From: Spirochaetaceae bacterium
GTDB lineage: Bacteria; Spirochaetota; Spirochaetia; DSM-27196; PWMO01
Reading direction: 5' to 3'
NCBI GenBank assembly: GCA_007693945.1
Contig: RECP01000059.1
Location: forward strand, 4,965 to 68,964
Length of the DNA stretch: 64,000 bases
Shown here: piece after piece, positions 8,257 through 16,287 of the stretch
Numbering within the stretch: position 1 is the stretch's first letter
Layout: each line of letters opens with the position of its first letter
Made by a program: the position numbers and the translations under genes
The notes under the pieces: model-generated
Told to the model about the DNA's origin: nothing
The model's database searches: none
The model's input: the letters and a program-made list of their open reading frames with translations, nothing else

Positions 8257-9270
8257 TCACGGATAGACGCGACGGAAACCGGACACGCGCGCAGCAACAT
8301 CCAGGTCGAGGCCGTCGCGGTCACCGCGGCGCAGCAGATGGTACCCCAGCCCGGCAATCATTGCGGCGTTGTCGGCGCACAGCAGCGGCGAAGGGAATAC
8401 GACCTCCAGATCACGCGCCGAGCAGAGTGACCGCCGCAGGTAGCTGTTGGCCGCCACCCCCCCGCCCACGACCACGCGCCGGATACCGCTGTCTGCCACC
8501 GCCAGCAGCAGGCGCCGCACAACCATGTCGATAGCCGCCTTCTGGAACGATGCCGCGATGTTCTGCGGCGTGGACGGGTAACCGGGGTTGCGAAACCGCT
8601 CGAGCTGATTGACCACCGCGGTCTTCAGTCCCGAATACGAGACGTCGTAGCGGTGCTCGCCTTTGTGAAGCGAGGCGTCGGGAAAGCTGAAGGCGCGCTC
8701 ATCACCGGCGGCCGCCATGCGATCGATCACCGCGCCGCCCGGATAGCCCCACCCGAAGAACTTGGCAACTTTGTCGAACGCTTCACCACAGGCGTCATCT
8801 ATGGTGGTACCCAGAATCTGCATATCGAGGATGGAATCCATCCGGCAGACGATGGTGTGGCCGCCGGAGAGCAGCAGACCGAGAAACGGATAGCGCAGTT
8901 CGGTTTCCAGCTGCGGAGCGTAGAGGTGCGCCAGTACGTGGTCGACTCCGATCAGCGGGCGGTCCAACCCGAACGCCAGCGCCTTGGCAAAACTGACACC
9001 GACCACCAGCGAACCGATAAGTCCGGGACGGTTGGTCACCGCGACCGCATCGATATCCGCGCCGGTCAAGCCGCTTTCGGCCAGCGCCTGGCGGTAGACC
9101 GGCAGAATCCATTCGGTGTGTTTGCGCGACGCGATCTCCGGCACTACCCCGCTGTACGGCCGGTGAAAATCGATCTGGGTAGCAACCTGGTGTGCCTGGA
9201 TGCGCTTCCCGTCGGCAACCAGCGCCACCGAGCATTCATCACAGGAACTCTCAATTCCCACTACGTTCAT
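8257..9270 (-). CDS. tsaD: tRNA N6-adenosine threonylcarbamoyltransferase
   Basis: MNVVGIESSCDECSVAL start, HVLAHL metal motif, GGVAAN near the C-terminus. I prefer the ATG at 9270 to the TTG at 9288. Confidence 0.9.
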   Translation of the reverse strand: MNVVGIESSCDECSVALVADGKRIQAHQVATQIDFHRPYSGVVPEIASRKHTEWILPVYRQALAESGLTGADIDAVAVTNRPGLIGSLVVGVSFAKALAFGLDRPLIGVDHVLAHLYAPQLETELRYPFLGLLLSGGHTIVCRMDSILDMQILGTTIDDACGEAFDKVAKFFGWGYPGGAVIDRMAAAGDERAFSFPDASLHKGEHRYDVSYSGLKTAVVNQLERFRNPGYPSTPQNIAASFQKAAIDMVVRRLLLAVADSGIRRVVVGGGVAANSYLRRSLCSARDLEVVFPSPLLCADNAAMIAGLGYHLLRRGDRDGLDLDVAARVSGFRRVYP

Positions 9271-10321
9271 AGGCCGTCGATGCCGCAATCAGCTGGCTGA
9301 TGGGGCCAAACGCAAAGCCGCGTTCAATAATGTCGGGGTACATTTGCATCAGCACTTCCGCCACTTCAGGCACCATCACGTGGCCGATCATCACGGCGTG
9401 ACCGCGTTCCCGCGCCGCCTCCAGGCCCTCGATTACGGCGGCTCTGATGTACTCATGCGTTCGCTCGTTATCCAGAAACACGTGTCGCTCCACAAACGGT
9501 ATCCCGGCGGCCTCTGCCGACTGGCGGGCCACGGTCTCGGCCGTGGTACGGCTGTCCATAAACCAGCCTCCGTTTTCTCCGAGCACCGACATCACCGCGT
9601 CCATGACACGCCGGTCGGCGGTAGCACGCGAACCCATGTGGTTGTTAACCCCGACCGCCCCGGGAACCGACTCAAGAGCAGCCACGACGCGCTGCCTGAT
9701 CTCGCCATCTTCGAGGTCGACGTAGATCGCGCCCGGTCCCGGGTCGGCGCCGTTATTGGCCTCCATCGGCAAATGCAGCATGACATCCTTACCCGCGCTG
9801 CGTGCACGCTCGGCGGCCTCGGCCGAGCGTCGCAGGTGCGGCAGCACGGATATCGTAACCGGGTGCGGAAAGCGCAGAAACGGCTCGAGCTCGCGCAGGC
9901 TGTAGCCGGCGTCGTCGATAACGATGTAGAGCGTCGCGCCCTGCGGCGCCTCCGGAAGCGCGTCGGCCGGCCACCCGGACCGCGAAACGGGTGGCGGCAG
10001 CGGATCGGCTTCCGGCGCCGCGGGGCGCTCGGAGAGGCCGGGAGCCCGCGGCTCCGCCGGCGGTTGGGTTGCCGGCGATGGAGGCTCATCCGGCCGCTGC
10101 GAATCAGGCGCGACCGGCACGCGGGTGAGCCGCTGAAGTTCGCCGCGCGGCAGGGCCAGCACAAGGGCAAACAGCAGCAACGCAATCGACCCCAACAGCA
10201 GAAGCGCGCGGCCGGACGGGTTGCCGGTTCGCCTTGCCGGGGTACGCGAAATATGCCGGCTGGTCGTGCGGCGGCGCGACCGGGACGAACCGTGTCCTGC
10301 CGGGTTCTTATCCGTAGACAT
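9251..10321 (-). CDS. divergent polysaccharide deacetylase family protein (YibQ-like), membrane-anchored with a Pro-rich linker
   Basis: An N-terminal TM segment (LLLLGSIALLLFALVLAL) is followed by a P-rich spacer and then GAVGVNNHMGS, typical of the YibQ/divergent deacetylase fold. It overlaps the rpoS stop by 14 nt and the tsaD start by 20 nt. Confidence 0.7.
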   Translation of the reverse strand: MSTDKNPAGHGSSRSRRRTTSRHISRTPARRTGNPSGRALLLLGSIALLLFALVLALPRGELQRLTRVPVAPDSQRPDEPPSPATQPPAEPRAPGLSERPAAPEADPLPPPVSRSGWPADALPEAPQGATLYIVIDDAGYSLRELEPFLRFPHPVTISVLPHLRRSAEAAERARSAGKDVMLHLPMEANNGADPGPGAIYVDLEDGEIRQRVVAALESVPGAVGVNNHMGSRATADRRVMDAVMSVLGENGGWFMDSRTTAETVARQSAEAAGIPFVERHVFLDNERTHEYIRAAVIEGLEAARERGHAVMIGHVMVPEVAEVLMQMYPDIIERGFAFGPISQLIAASTAYERSGN

Positions 10322-11153
10322 ACTCCCGCAGTTCGCCGGCGTGTTCTTTCAGTTTCTTCAGCGCTCGTATCTCGATCTGGCGCACGGTTTCCGGCGAGAT
10401 CCCCATCTCGTCACTGATGCGCTTGAGCGTGTATTTCTGACCGCCGAAGAAGGAGAATCGATACAGCAGGATCTGGCGTTCCTTTTCTTTGAGCCGCTCA
10501 AGGAAACCGAGAGCCTCCTCGCGCAGCGAATTCCTGAGCACTTCGGCGTCCGGTGAGTAGGAGTAGTCCTCGAACACGTCGTGAAAAGTGCCCGATTCCT
10601 CGTTGAGGTCGCTGTCAAGCGAAATCACGCTGCTCGAAATATTGAGAATCTGCACCACTTCGTCGACCGGAAAACCCAGCTCAGCAGCCACTTCCTCCAC
10701 GGTCGGCGGTCGCGTCAGCTTCTGGCTGAGACTGGTATAGGTCTTCTGGATCTTGCGCAGCGCATCTTCCTTGCGGTGCGGCAGTCGGATCTGGCGCCGC
10801 TTGTTGCTGAGGGCGCGGGTGATCGACTGTTTGATCCACCACGATGCGTACGTACTGAAGCGCACCTGCTTGCGGTGGTCGTACTTGCTGGCGGCTTTCA
10901 GCAGTCCGAGATTGCCTTCCTGAACAAGATCCAGAAAACCGACATCGTTGGTCATGTAGGCCTTGGCAATCTTCACCACCAACCGCAGATTAGCCTCCAC
11001 CAGCTGCTGGCGCGCCGTGATGTCACCTTTCTGTATGCGCTTTGAAAGCTCGATTTCCTGTTCAAAGCTCAGCAAGGGGGTCTTCTTTATCTGATCAAAG
11101 TAGGCCTTGAGCGTGTCGTCCTGGTAGGCCGCTTTGTTGCGCGTTGTTTTCAT
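10308..11153 (-). CDS. rpoS: RNA polymerase sigma factor, RpoD/RpoS-type (group 1/2-like, 281 aa); RpoS-like
   Basis: Region 2 (LVEANLRLVVKIAKAY, FSTYASWWIKQSITRAL) and region 4 (TLKRISDEMGISPETVRQIEIRALKKL) are recognisable. It is too short for a spirochete housekeeping RpoD. The position after flgF-flgG-flgJ matches my recollection of Borrelia rpoS. The ATG at 11153 has a GGGAG SD 6 nt upstream. Confidence 0.8.
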   Translation of the reverse strand: MKTTRNKAAYQDDTLKAYFDQIKKTPLLSFEQEIELSKRIQKGDITARQQLVEANLRLVVKIAKAYMTNDVGFLDLVQEGNLGLLKAASKYDHRKQVRFSTYASWWIKQSITRALSNKRRQIRLPHRKEDALRKIQKTYTSLSQKLTRPPTVEEVAAELGFPVDEVVQILNISSSVISLDSDLNEESGTFHDVFEDYSYSPDAEVLRNSLREEALGFLERLKEKERQILLYRFSFFGGQKYTLKRISDEMGISPETVRQIEIRALKKLKEHAGELREYVYG

Positions 11154-11175
11154 CGGTCGCTCCCGCAATTACTAT

Positions 11176-11192
11176 AGCAAATGGCGTGCCAA
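11176..11192 (-). promoter_or_regulatory. sigma-54 (-24/-12) promoter upstream of the RpoS-like gene
   Basis: The minus strand reads TTGGCACGCCATTTGCT, which matches TGGCAC-N5-TTGC(W) exactly. The predicted start is near 11165, immediately 5' of the SD. Confidence 0.6.
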
Positions 11193-11213
11193 GCGCGCCA
11201 AGGAAAGACCGAT

Positions 11214-11246
11214 CCTGTAACTGTCTTCGAATAAGAGAGTTACAGG
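11214..11246 (-). terminator. 13-bp interrupted hairpin between flgJ and the rpoS promoter (possible flg operon terminator or leader structure)
   Basis: CCTGTAACT (11214-11222) pairs with AGTTACAGG (11238-11246). After a G.G mismatch, TCTT pairs with AAGA around a 5-nt loop. On the minus strand the hairpin is followed by AUCGGUCUUUCCUU. Confidence 0.45.
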
Positions 11247-11326
11247 TACAACGGGACACGATTCACACCGGGGTTCGCCAAACGTACACTTTCTCATACA
11301 GCAGTATACCACGAATAAACCACAGA

Positions 11327-11641
11327 TTACTTCAGCTGCCCGTATACGAGCTCGGCGATACCCAGGCTTCCGGTCTTGGCCATCACTTTGGCGTACTCTT
11401 CGTAGAGCATATCCTCAAAGATGTCCTGGGAGATTCCACCGTACAGCATGTCGTTCTTGGGATCAAGGGTCTGGCGCATGGAGCTCAGCATCTGTTTGAC
11501 GAACAGCGCCTCGAACTCCCGGGCGACCTCGCGCAGCGCTTCATCGCTGTTTGACGAGCGCGACCGCGCGGCCGCCTCAGCCCCGGCCGCGGTGTCGGTC
11601 TGGAATCGGGACATGCTGTGGATCATGGGGTCAACCATCAC
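11327..11641 (-). CDS. flgJ: flagellar rod-binding protein (single-domain FlgJ, no muramidase domain)
   Basis: The rod-binding signature AREFEALFVKQMLSSMRQTL is present. The protein is 104 aa and starts 8 nt after the flgG stop. Confidence 0.8.
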   Translation of the reverse strand: MMVDPMIHSMSRFQTDTAAGAEAAARSRSSNSDEALREVAREFEALFVKQMLSSMRQTLDPKNDMLYGGISQDIFEDMLYEEYAKVMAKTGSLGIAELVYGQLK

Positions 11642-11648
11642 TCATCTC

Positions 11649-12443
11649 CTAGCGCTTGAGACCGTTGGCGATGCCGAGCATCGAGTCGGACGTCTGGATG
11701 GCTCGTGAGTTCAATTCGTAGGCGCGCTGTGCCACAATCATGTTCACCAGCTCACCGACCACGTCAACGTTTGACTGCTCCAGGAACTTGCCGAGCGTGC
11801 GTCCCATGCCGTCAAAGCCCGGACGCCCTCCGATGGCATCGCCGGATGCCGCCGACTCGCGGAAGAGGTTTTCGCCGATCGCCTGCAGTCCGGCCGGATT
11901 CACAAACCGATAGATCTCCAGCTGCCCGACGTCAATCGGGTCATCCAGATCAGGGATGCGCACCGACACCCGCCCGTCCTGCGAGACGGTTACCGACTCG
12001 CGAATGAACCCCTCGGGAAGAATGACTTCGGGAAACAGCCGGTAGCCCTGAGCAGTCACAAACTGTCCGTTGGAGTCGATCTTGAACGAGCCGTCGCGGG
12101 TGTAACCGAACCGGCCGTCGTAGGTCAGGACGCGAAAGAACCCCTCGCCTTCGATGGCGATATCGCCCACGTTGCCGGTCTCGCGCAGCGAGCCCTGGGT
12201 GAACATCTTCTGCGTTGCAGCCACCCGCACGCCGTGACCGACCTGCTCACCCACGGGCACCAGCGTCTCTTCGGTTGCCGGGGTACCTGCCATGCGCACG
12301 GTCTGGTACAGCAGATCCTCAAAATCCGCCCGGTTCTTCTTGAAACCGGTGGTGTTGACGTTGGAGAGGTTGTTGGAGATGGTGTCGATGTTGAACTGCT
12401 GTCCGGTCATGCCGGACGCTGCGGTCCATAATGAACGCATCAT
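11649..12443 (-). CDS. flgG: flagellar basal-body rod protein FlgG
   Basis: N-terminus MMRSLWTAASGMTGQQFNIDTISNNLSNVNTTGFKK. C-terminus VVGELVNMIVAQRAYELNSRAIQTSDSML. 264 aa. Confidence 0.9.
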   Translation of the reverse strand: MMRSLWTAASGMTGQQFNIDTISNNLSNVNTTGFKKNRADFEDLLYQTVRMAGTPATEETLVPVGEQVGHGVRVAATQKMFTQGSLRETGNVGDIAIEGEGFFRVLTYDGRFGYTRDGSFKIDSNGQFVTAQGYRLFPEVILPEGFIRESVTVSQDGRVSVRIPDLDDPIDVGQLEIYRFVNPAGLQAIGENLFRESAASGDAIGGRPGFDGMGRTLGKFLEQSNVDVVGELVNMIVAQRAYELNSRAIQTSDSMLGIANGLKR

Positions 12444-12495
12444 AGTCTGTTTACTCCTCTACGCCCTGCAGCGGCTCAAACCGGACAAGCCCGGC

Positions 12496-13353
12496 TCAGT
12501 TGGGACGCATCACCGTCGTCAGGAGACGTCCGGTGCTCTCATCCTGGGCGTGAATTACCTTCTGGTTGGCTTCGTAGGCGCGATTAACCTCGATCATCTG
12601 CACCATTTCGGTCACTATGTTGACGTTGGCAGCCTCGACAAACCCCTGGTGAACGCGGGGACGGTCGGCGCCGGCGGCAATCTCGGCTTCGCCGGATTCC
12701 CAGGTCGTCTGCCACAGGCTGCCGCCCTGCTTACGCAGGTAGCGCGGACTGCGCACATCGACGATCTGCAGGCGATCGATCAGTTCGGCGTCCTCCCATT
12801 CGTTGTCGGGCATCAGCACGAACTGTTGATCGGCCAGGGCCTCGTTCCGGAAGATACGCCCGTCCTGGTCGATGCGGAAGTTGTTGAGCGTAAGCCGGAT
12901 CGGACCGTCTTCACCGAGCACCGGAAAGCCGTCCTTGGTTACCAGCAGCCCTTCGGGGCCGACAAGGAAGCTGCCGTTGCGGGTATATCGTTCTCCGGCC
13001 GGTGTCTGTACCACAAAGAAGCCGTCGCCCTCAAGCGCCAGGTCAAACGGGTTGTCGGTTTGTTTCAGCGATCCCTGCTCGAAGATCGGATAGACCTCGT
13101 TCTGCTCCACCCCGGTACCAAGCCGTCCGACAACCGGCGCCTTGTCCACCGACCCGATTGACTGCCGTCGGTAGGGCACGCGCACCACCTCTTCGCTCAT
13201 GCGCCGCAAGAGCATCTCCGGAAAGGCTTTGTGGACCGCGGTATCGCGTTTGTAGCCGTTGGTATCTACGTTTGCCATGTTATTGGACAGGGCATCCAGG
13301 CGGTGCTGCTGCGCCGTCATTCCACTGGCTGCGGTGTAAAGTCCACGTACCAC
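12496..13353 (-). CDS. flgF: flagellar basal-body rod protein FlgF (FlhO-type)
   Basis: A GTG start at 13353 is preceded by AGGAGG with a 5 nt spacer. The N-terminus is VRGLYTAASGMTAQQHRLDALSNNMANVDTNGYKR and the C-terminus NIVTEMVQMIEVNRAYEANQKVI. The track's upstream extension runs up to the tRNA and is rejected. Confidence 0.8.
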   Translation of the reverse strand: MVRGLYTAASGMTAQQHRLDALSNNMANVDTNGYKRDTAVHKAFPEMLLRRMSEEVVRVPYRRQSIGSVDKAPVVGRLGTGVEQNEVYPIFEQGSLKQTDNPFDLALEGDGFFVVQTPAGERYTRNGSFLVGPEGLLVTKDGFPVLGEDGPIRLTLNNFRIDQDGRIFRNEALADQQFVLMPDNEWEDAELIDRLQIVDVRSPRYLRKQGGSLWQTTWESGEAEIAAGADRPRVHQGFVEAANVNIVTEMVQMIEVNRAYEANQKVIHAQDESTGRLLTTVMRPN

Positions 13354-13382
13354 GCTAACCTCCTGCTTCGCTCTACTGAAAA

Positions 13383-13409
13383 TTATCGGAATAGCCCGGG
13401 GAATCTTGA
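13383..13409 (-). promoter_or_regulatory. possible sigma-28-type (or sigma-70 -10 GATAAT) promoter of the flgF operon
   Basis: The minus strand reads TCAA, 15 nt, then TCCGATAA, compared with the sigma-28 consensus TAAA-N15-GCCGATAA. The same CCGATAAT also contains a GATAAT -10. It ends about 20 nt upstream of the SD. Confidence 0.35.
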
Positions 13410-13434
13410 TGAAGTCGGCGCTTTTCGCTATAGT
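13406..13434 (+). promoter_or_regulatory. candidate sigma-70 promoter of tRNA-Thr
   Basis: TTGATG (13406-13411), a 17 nt spacer, then TATAGT (13429-13434). The predicted start is about 6 nt before the mature tRNA 5' end. Confidence 0.5.
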
Positions 13435-13446
13435 TGGTTTCCGCAC

Positions 13447-13518
13447 GCCAGGATAGCTCAGTGGTAGAGCAGCTCACTCGTAATGAGCAGGTCGAGAGTT
13501 CGAATCTCTCTTCTGGCT
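13447..13518 (+). tRNA. tRNA-Thr (anticodon CGT)
   Basis: Hand-folded cloverleaf. Acceptor GCCAGGA/TTCTGGC (one G-U pair). D arm GCTC-AGTGGTA-GAGC. Anticodon arm GCTCA-CTCGTAA-TGAGC. Variable loop AGGTC. T arm GAGAG-TTCGAAT-CTCTC. No encoded CCA. Confidence 0.9.
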
Positions 13519-13583
13519 GAAGTACAACACGCCTGGAGGGCTTCGCACGCCACGGAAACCCGGCTTTCGAAGAGCGCCGCCGG

Positions 13584-14225
13584 CTACGTCTGCCGGCGAC
13601 GAGAATTCACAAAGCGAACGAACTCGTTGATGTTCTTGACAATAATGCGGTCGGTCATCACCTCAAGACGGCGCTGCGAGGTGAAGTGCTGGATAACGTC
13701 GCGCGCCTTCTCCGGTGAGATACCGGCCCAGTGAGCAACGTCTTCAGCGGTTGTGTGGAAGACTCGCTCGTCGCTTTCGAGGTTATCGGGCGGCTTCATT
13801 TCGTTGAGCATCAGAAAGACGTCGGCGACCTTGGCCGAAACATCGTCGAGCGTCAGAATCATGAAGCGGCGGCGCTGATCGTAGACGCGCTTGGTAAACA
13901 GTCTCAACAGCTTGAGTGTGATCTGCGGATTACCGCGCATCAGAATCTCGAAATTGGCGCGGTTGAACTCGAGCGCCTTTACCTGATCAACGGCAATCGC
14001 GTTGGCGGAACGCGGCGCCTCCTCGAGGATCGCCATCTCACCGAAGATCTCTCCGGGATGCAGAATGTCGACGGTCTTCTCGAGTCCGCCCATGATCTTG
14101 GAGATCTGTACCCGCCCGTTCTGGATCAAGTAGAACGAATCACCCGGCTCGTACTCGCAGAAGATGATATCGCCCTTGTCAAACGTGACGGCAAAGCGCT
14201 CGAATGCACCGGAGTTCAGCTCCAC
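13584..14225 (-). CDS. Crp/Fnr-family transcriptional regulator (cNMP-binding domain plus C-terminal HTH)
   Basis: A canonical phosphate-binding cassette FGEMAILEEAPRSANAIA is present. The C-terminus (AEDVAHWAGISPEKARDVIQHF) looks like a Crp-type HTH. The start abuts the stop of the upstream gene with no gap. Confidence 0.8.
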   Translation of the reverse strand: MELNSGAFERFAVTFDKGDIIFCEYEPGDSFYLIQNGRVQISKIMGGLEKTVDILHPGEIFGEMAILEEAPRSANAIAVDQVKALEFNRANFEILMRGNPQITLKLLRLFTKRVYDQRRRFMILTLDDVSAKVADVFLMLNEMKPPDNLESDERVFHTTAEDVAHWAGISPEKARDVIQHFTSQRRLEVMTDRIIVKNINEFVRFVNSRRRQT

Positions 14226-15257
14226 CTACGCCTCCTGCTCCAACGAACGTATCGCTTTCTGAACCTTGCGCTTGAGCCCATCCTCGACCGGTTCCATCGA
14301 CAGTATCTTGGAATAGAAGCTGCCGGCACGCTCGGTCTCGCCCTTCCGCTGGTACGACTGTCCAACGTAGAACAACGCGTCTTTCAAGTCGGGGCTTCCC
14401 GGGTAGCGCTGAACAAACCCGGTGAAGTGCCTGATGGAGGCATCGTACTGCCCCATGGTGTAGAGACAGCGTCCGATCTCGAACAGCGACTTGACGGTGT
14501 ACTCTTCGTCATCGCGGCTTTCGGCAATCCGTTTGAATGCCGCCAACGCCTCGGCGTACTTCTGCTGACTGAACGTGCTGACCGCGTCATAGTACTTCTG
14601 GGCTACGTTCGAGAGTCCCGAGCTGCTGTCCCGCGCGCTGTTGCCTGCCGGTGATGCGGCCGCAGCGGATGGTGGTGCGGTTGCCAGACCGGCCGTGGCC
14701 GGGCCCTTGCCGGTACCGTATTTCAGAAGGTATGCCTCGGCGGTCTGGGCAAACTTGTTGGCATCCTGGTGAAAACGCCCGGCCGGATAGTACGTAAGGT
14801 ACTTGTTGAAGGCGTAACGCGCCTTGGAATACTCCTTCTTGCGCAGATAGTACTCACCGATGCGATACAAGCCTTCCTCGGGGTCAGACTCTTCTTCCTG
14901 AGCCAGCAGCGAACTCACCTTGGCGTGCATTCGCCGCAGCTGGTTGGAAAACACCTTGAGCATCTTCATGATCACTCGCGTGTTGGTGGCGACCAGCTGC
15001 TCAAACTCGGGCACCGTGAACGCGATGACCGACGCGTCGGTCAGCACCAGAGCGGTTTCCTCACGCGGGTATTTGCCCATTGCCGATTTGACCCCGAAAA
15101 ACTCGCCGGTCTGGATATGATCGTGAATGTCCTGACCGGTTTCGATGTCATTGGAGTTCAGGCTGATGCGGCCGGCTTTGAGAATGTAGATTTTGTCGCC
15201 GACATCGCCGCGGAAATAGATCACGGAGTTGGCTTTGTACGTAATCGCTTTGGGCAC
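14226..15257 (-). CDS. cNMP-binding-like domain fused to TPR repeats
   Basis: The N-terminal beta-roll resembles a cNMP domain, but the cassette is atypical (FFGVKSAMGKYPREETALV: the GE is lost and RSA is replaced by REETA). The C-terminal half has TPR-like repeats (YYLRKKEYSKARYAFNKYL..., EIGRCLYTMGQYDASIRHF...). A GTG start has a GGGAGA SD. Confidence 0.75.
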   Translation of the reverse strand: MPKAITYKANSVIYFRGDVGDKIYILKAGRISLNSNDIETGQDIHDHIQTGEFFGVKSAMGKYPREETALVLTDASVIAFTVPEFEQLVATNTRVIMKMLKVFSNQLRRMHAKVSSLLAQEEESDPEEGLYRIGEYYLRKKEYSKARYAFNKYLTYYPAGRFHQDANKFAQTAEAYLLKYGTGKGPATAGLATAPPSAAAASPAGNSARDSSSGLSNVAQKYYDAVSTFSQQKYAEALAAFKRIAESRDDEEYTVKSLFEIGRCLYTMGQYDASIRHFTGFVQRYPGSPDLKDALFYVGQSYQRKGETERAGSFYSKILSMEPVEDGLKRKVQKAIRSLEQEA

Positions 15258-15363
15258 CGCTCTCTCCCGGCTAGACTGTATACGACCACCGTCGGAAAAT
15301 CAAGGATGTTCTCCTGCAGCTACACAGAGTATCGGAGCATACCCCGGCCGCAGCGAGGATTAA

Positions 15364-16287
15364 TTGGCGCGGCGAGTGCTTGACGCGGGGCGAAATACGG
15401 ATACTCTCTACGATGTGGTCGACCTTCACACCCATTCAACGGCCTCCGATGGTGCTCTCAGCCCCGGTCAGCTGCTGGCCGCGTGTCACCTCAACGGCAT
15501 CAAGACGGTGGCGCTGACCGATCACGACACGATTGACGGCGTAGACGAGGCCGCGCGCGCGGCGCAACCCTACGGCATCGAGGTGATTGCCGGAATTGAA
15601 CTGGAGATCGACTACAGCGGCCCGGGCGCGTTTCACCTGCTGGGGCTCGGCATGCGCGGTTCATCACCCGAACTGGAAGCGCTGCTGGAGCACATTCTGC
15701 GGTTGCGCAATGCGCGCAACGTGTACATCGTGGAGCAGATCAGGGCCGCCGGCATTCGGGTTGACATCGGCGATGTCGGGGCGTTTGCCGGTGGTGATAT
15801 CCTGGCCCGTCCGCACTTCGCCCGTTTCCTGGTCGATCGCGGGCTGGCACGCACGATCCAGGATGCGTTCGACCGTTACCTCGGAGACGGCCGGCCGTTC
15901 TGGCAGGCCAAGCAGGCCGTGGGACTGCCCGAGGCGGCGGCAGCCATCCACTCGGCCGGCGGCAAGGCGGTCGTTGCCCATCCGATGACGCTCTACCTGT
16001 CGATCAACGCCGCCGCGGAGCGGTTTGCGCAGTGGAAAGACCAGGGGCTCGACGGCCTGGAGGCGTACCACGCCGGGGCCCGGCTGAATGATTGCCTCCG
16101 TCTGGAAGCCGTGGCGGACACGCTGGGCCTGATGGTCAGCGCCGGATCCGACTTCCACGGCCCCGAGCGCATCGATCGCCGGCTCGGACACACTGCCGAC
16201 GGAATTGCCATCGAAGACCGCTTTGCCGACGGCTTTGCGCGCTACTCGCCGGCACACAGTGAGGACAACCGTGTCGACACCCGATAG
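15364..16287 (+). CDS. PHP-domain phosphoesterase (TrpH/YciV, RNase AM-like)
   Basis: The DLHTHSTASDG motif is present, followed by further His/Asp ligands (TDHD, AHP, GSDFH). The start is uncertain: TTG at 15364 in the track, with GTG at 15377 as an alternative. Confidence 0.75.
   Translation: MARRVLDAGRNTDTLYDVVDLHTHSTASDGALSPGQLLAACHLNGIKTVALTDHDTIDGVDEAARAAQPYGIEVIAGIELEIDYSGPGAFHLLGLGMRGSSPELEALLEHILRLRNARNVYIVEQIRAAGIRVDIGDVGAFAGGDILARPHFARFLVDRGLARTIQDAFDRYLGDGRPFWQAKQAVGLPEAAAAIHSAGGKAVVAHPMTLYLSINAAAERFAQWKDQGLDGLEAYHAGARLNDCLRLEAVADTLGLMVSAGSDFHGPERIDRRLGHTADGIAIEDRFADGFARYSPAHSEDNRVDTR

Noticed and set aside
13354-13446. An upstream extension of the flgF ORF reaching the tRNA-Thr gene.
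   Set aside because: AGGAGG-5nt-GTG at 13353 gives the conserved rod-protein N-terminus. The extension would overlap both promoters of the intergenic region.
13578-13598. A 7-bp GC hairpin (CGCCGGC-N7-GCCGGCG) spanning the stop codon of the Crp-like gene, downstream of tRNA-Thr.
   Set aside because: It has no U-tract on either strand. It may help 3'-end formation, but I cannot support calling it a terminator.
13447-15257. tRNA-Thr as a possible integration site, with the cNMP genes as island cargo.
   Set aside because: There is no integrase, no direct repeat of the tRNA 3' end and no obvious compositional break. The flanking genes are ordinary core genes.
15838-15860. Other TGGCAC hexamers (for example near 15845, 19400 and 23270), examined as possible sigma-54 sites.
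   Set aside because: None has TTGC at the required N5 spacing, and all lie inside coding regions.
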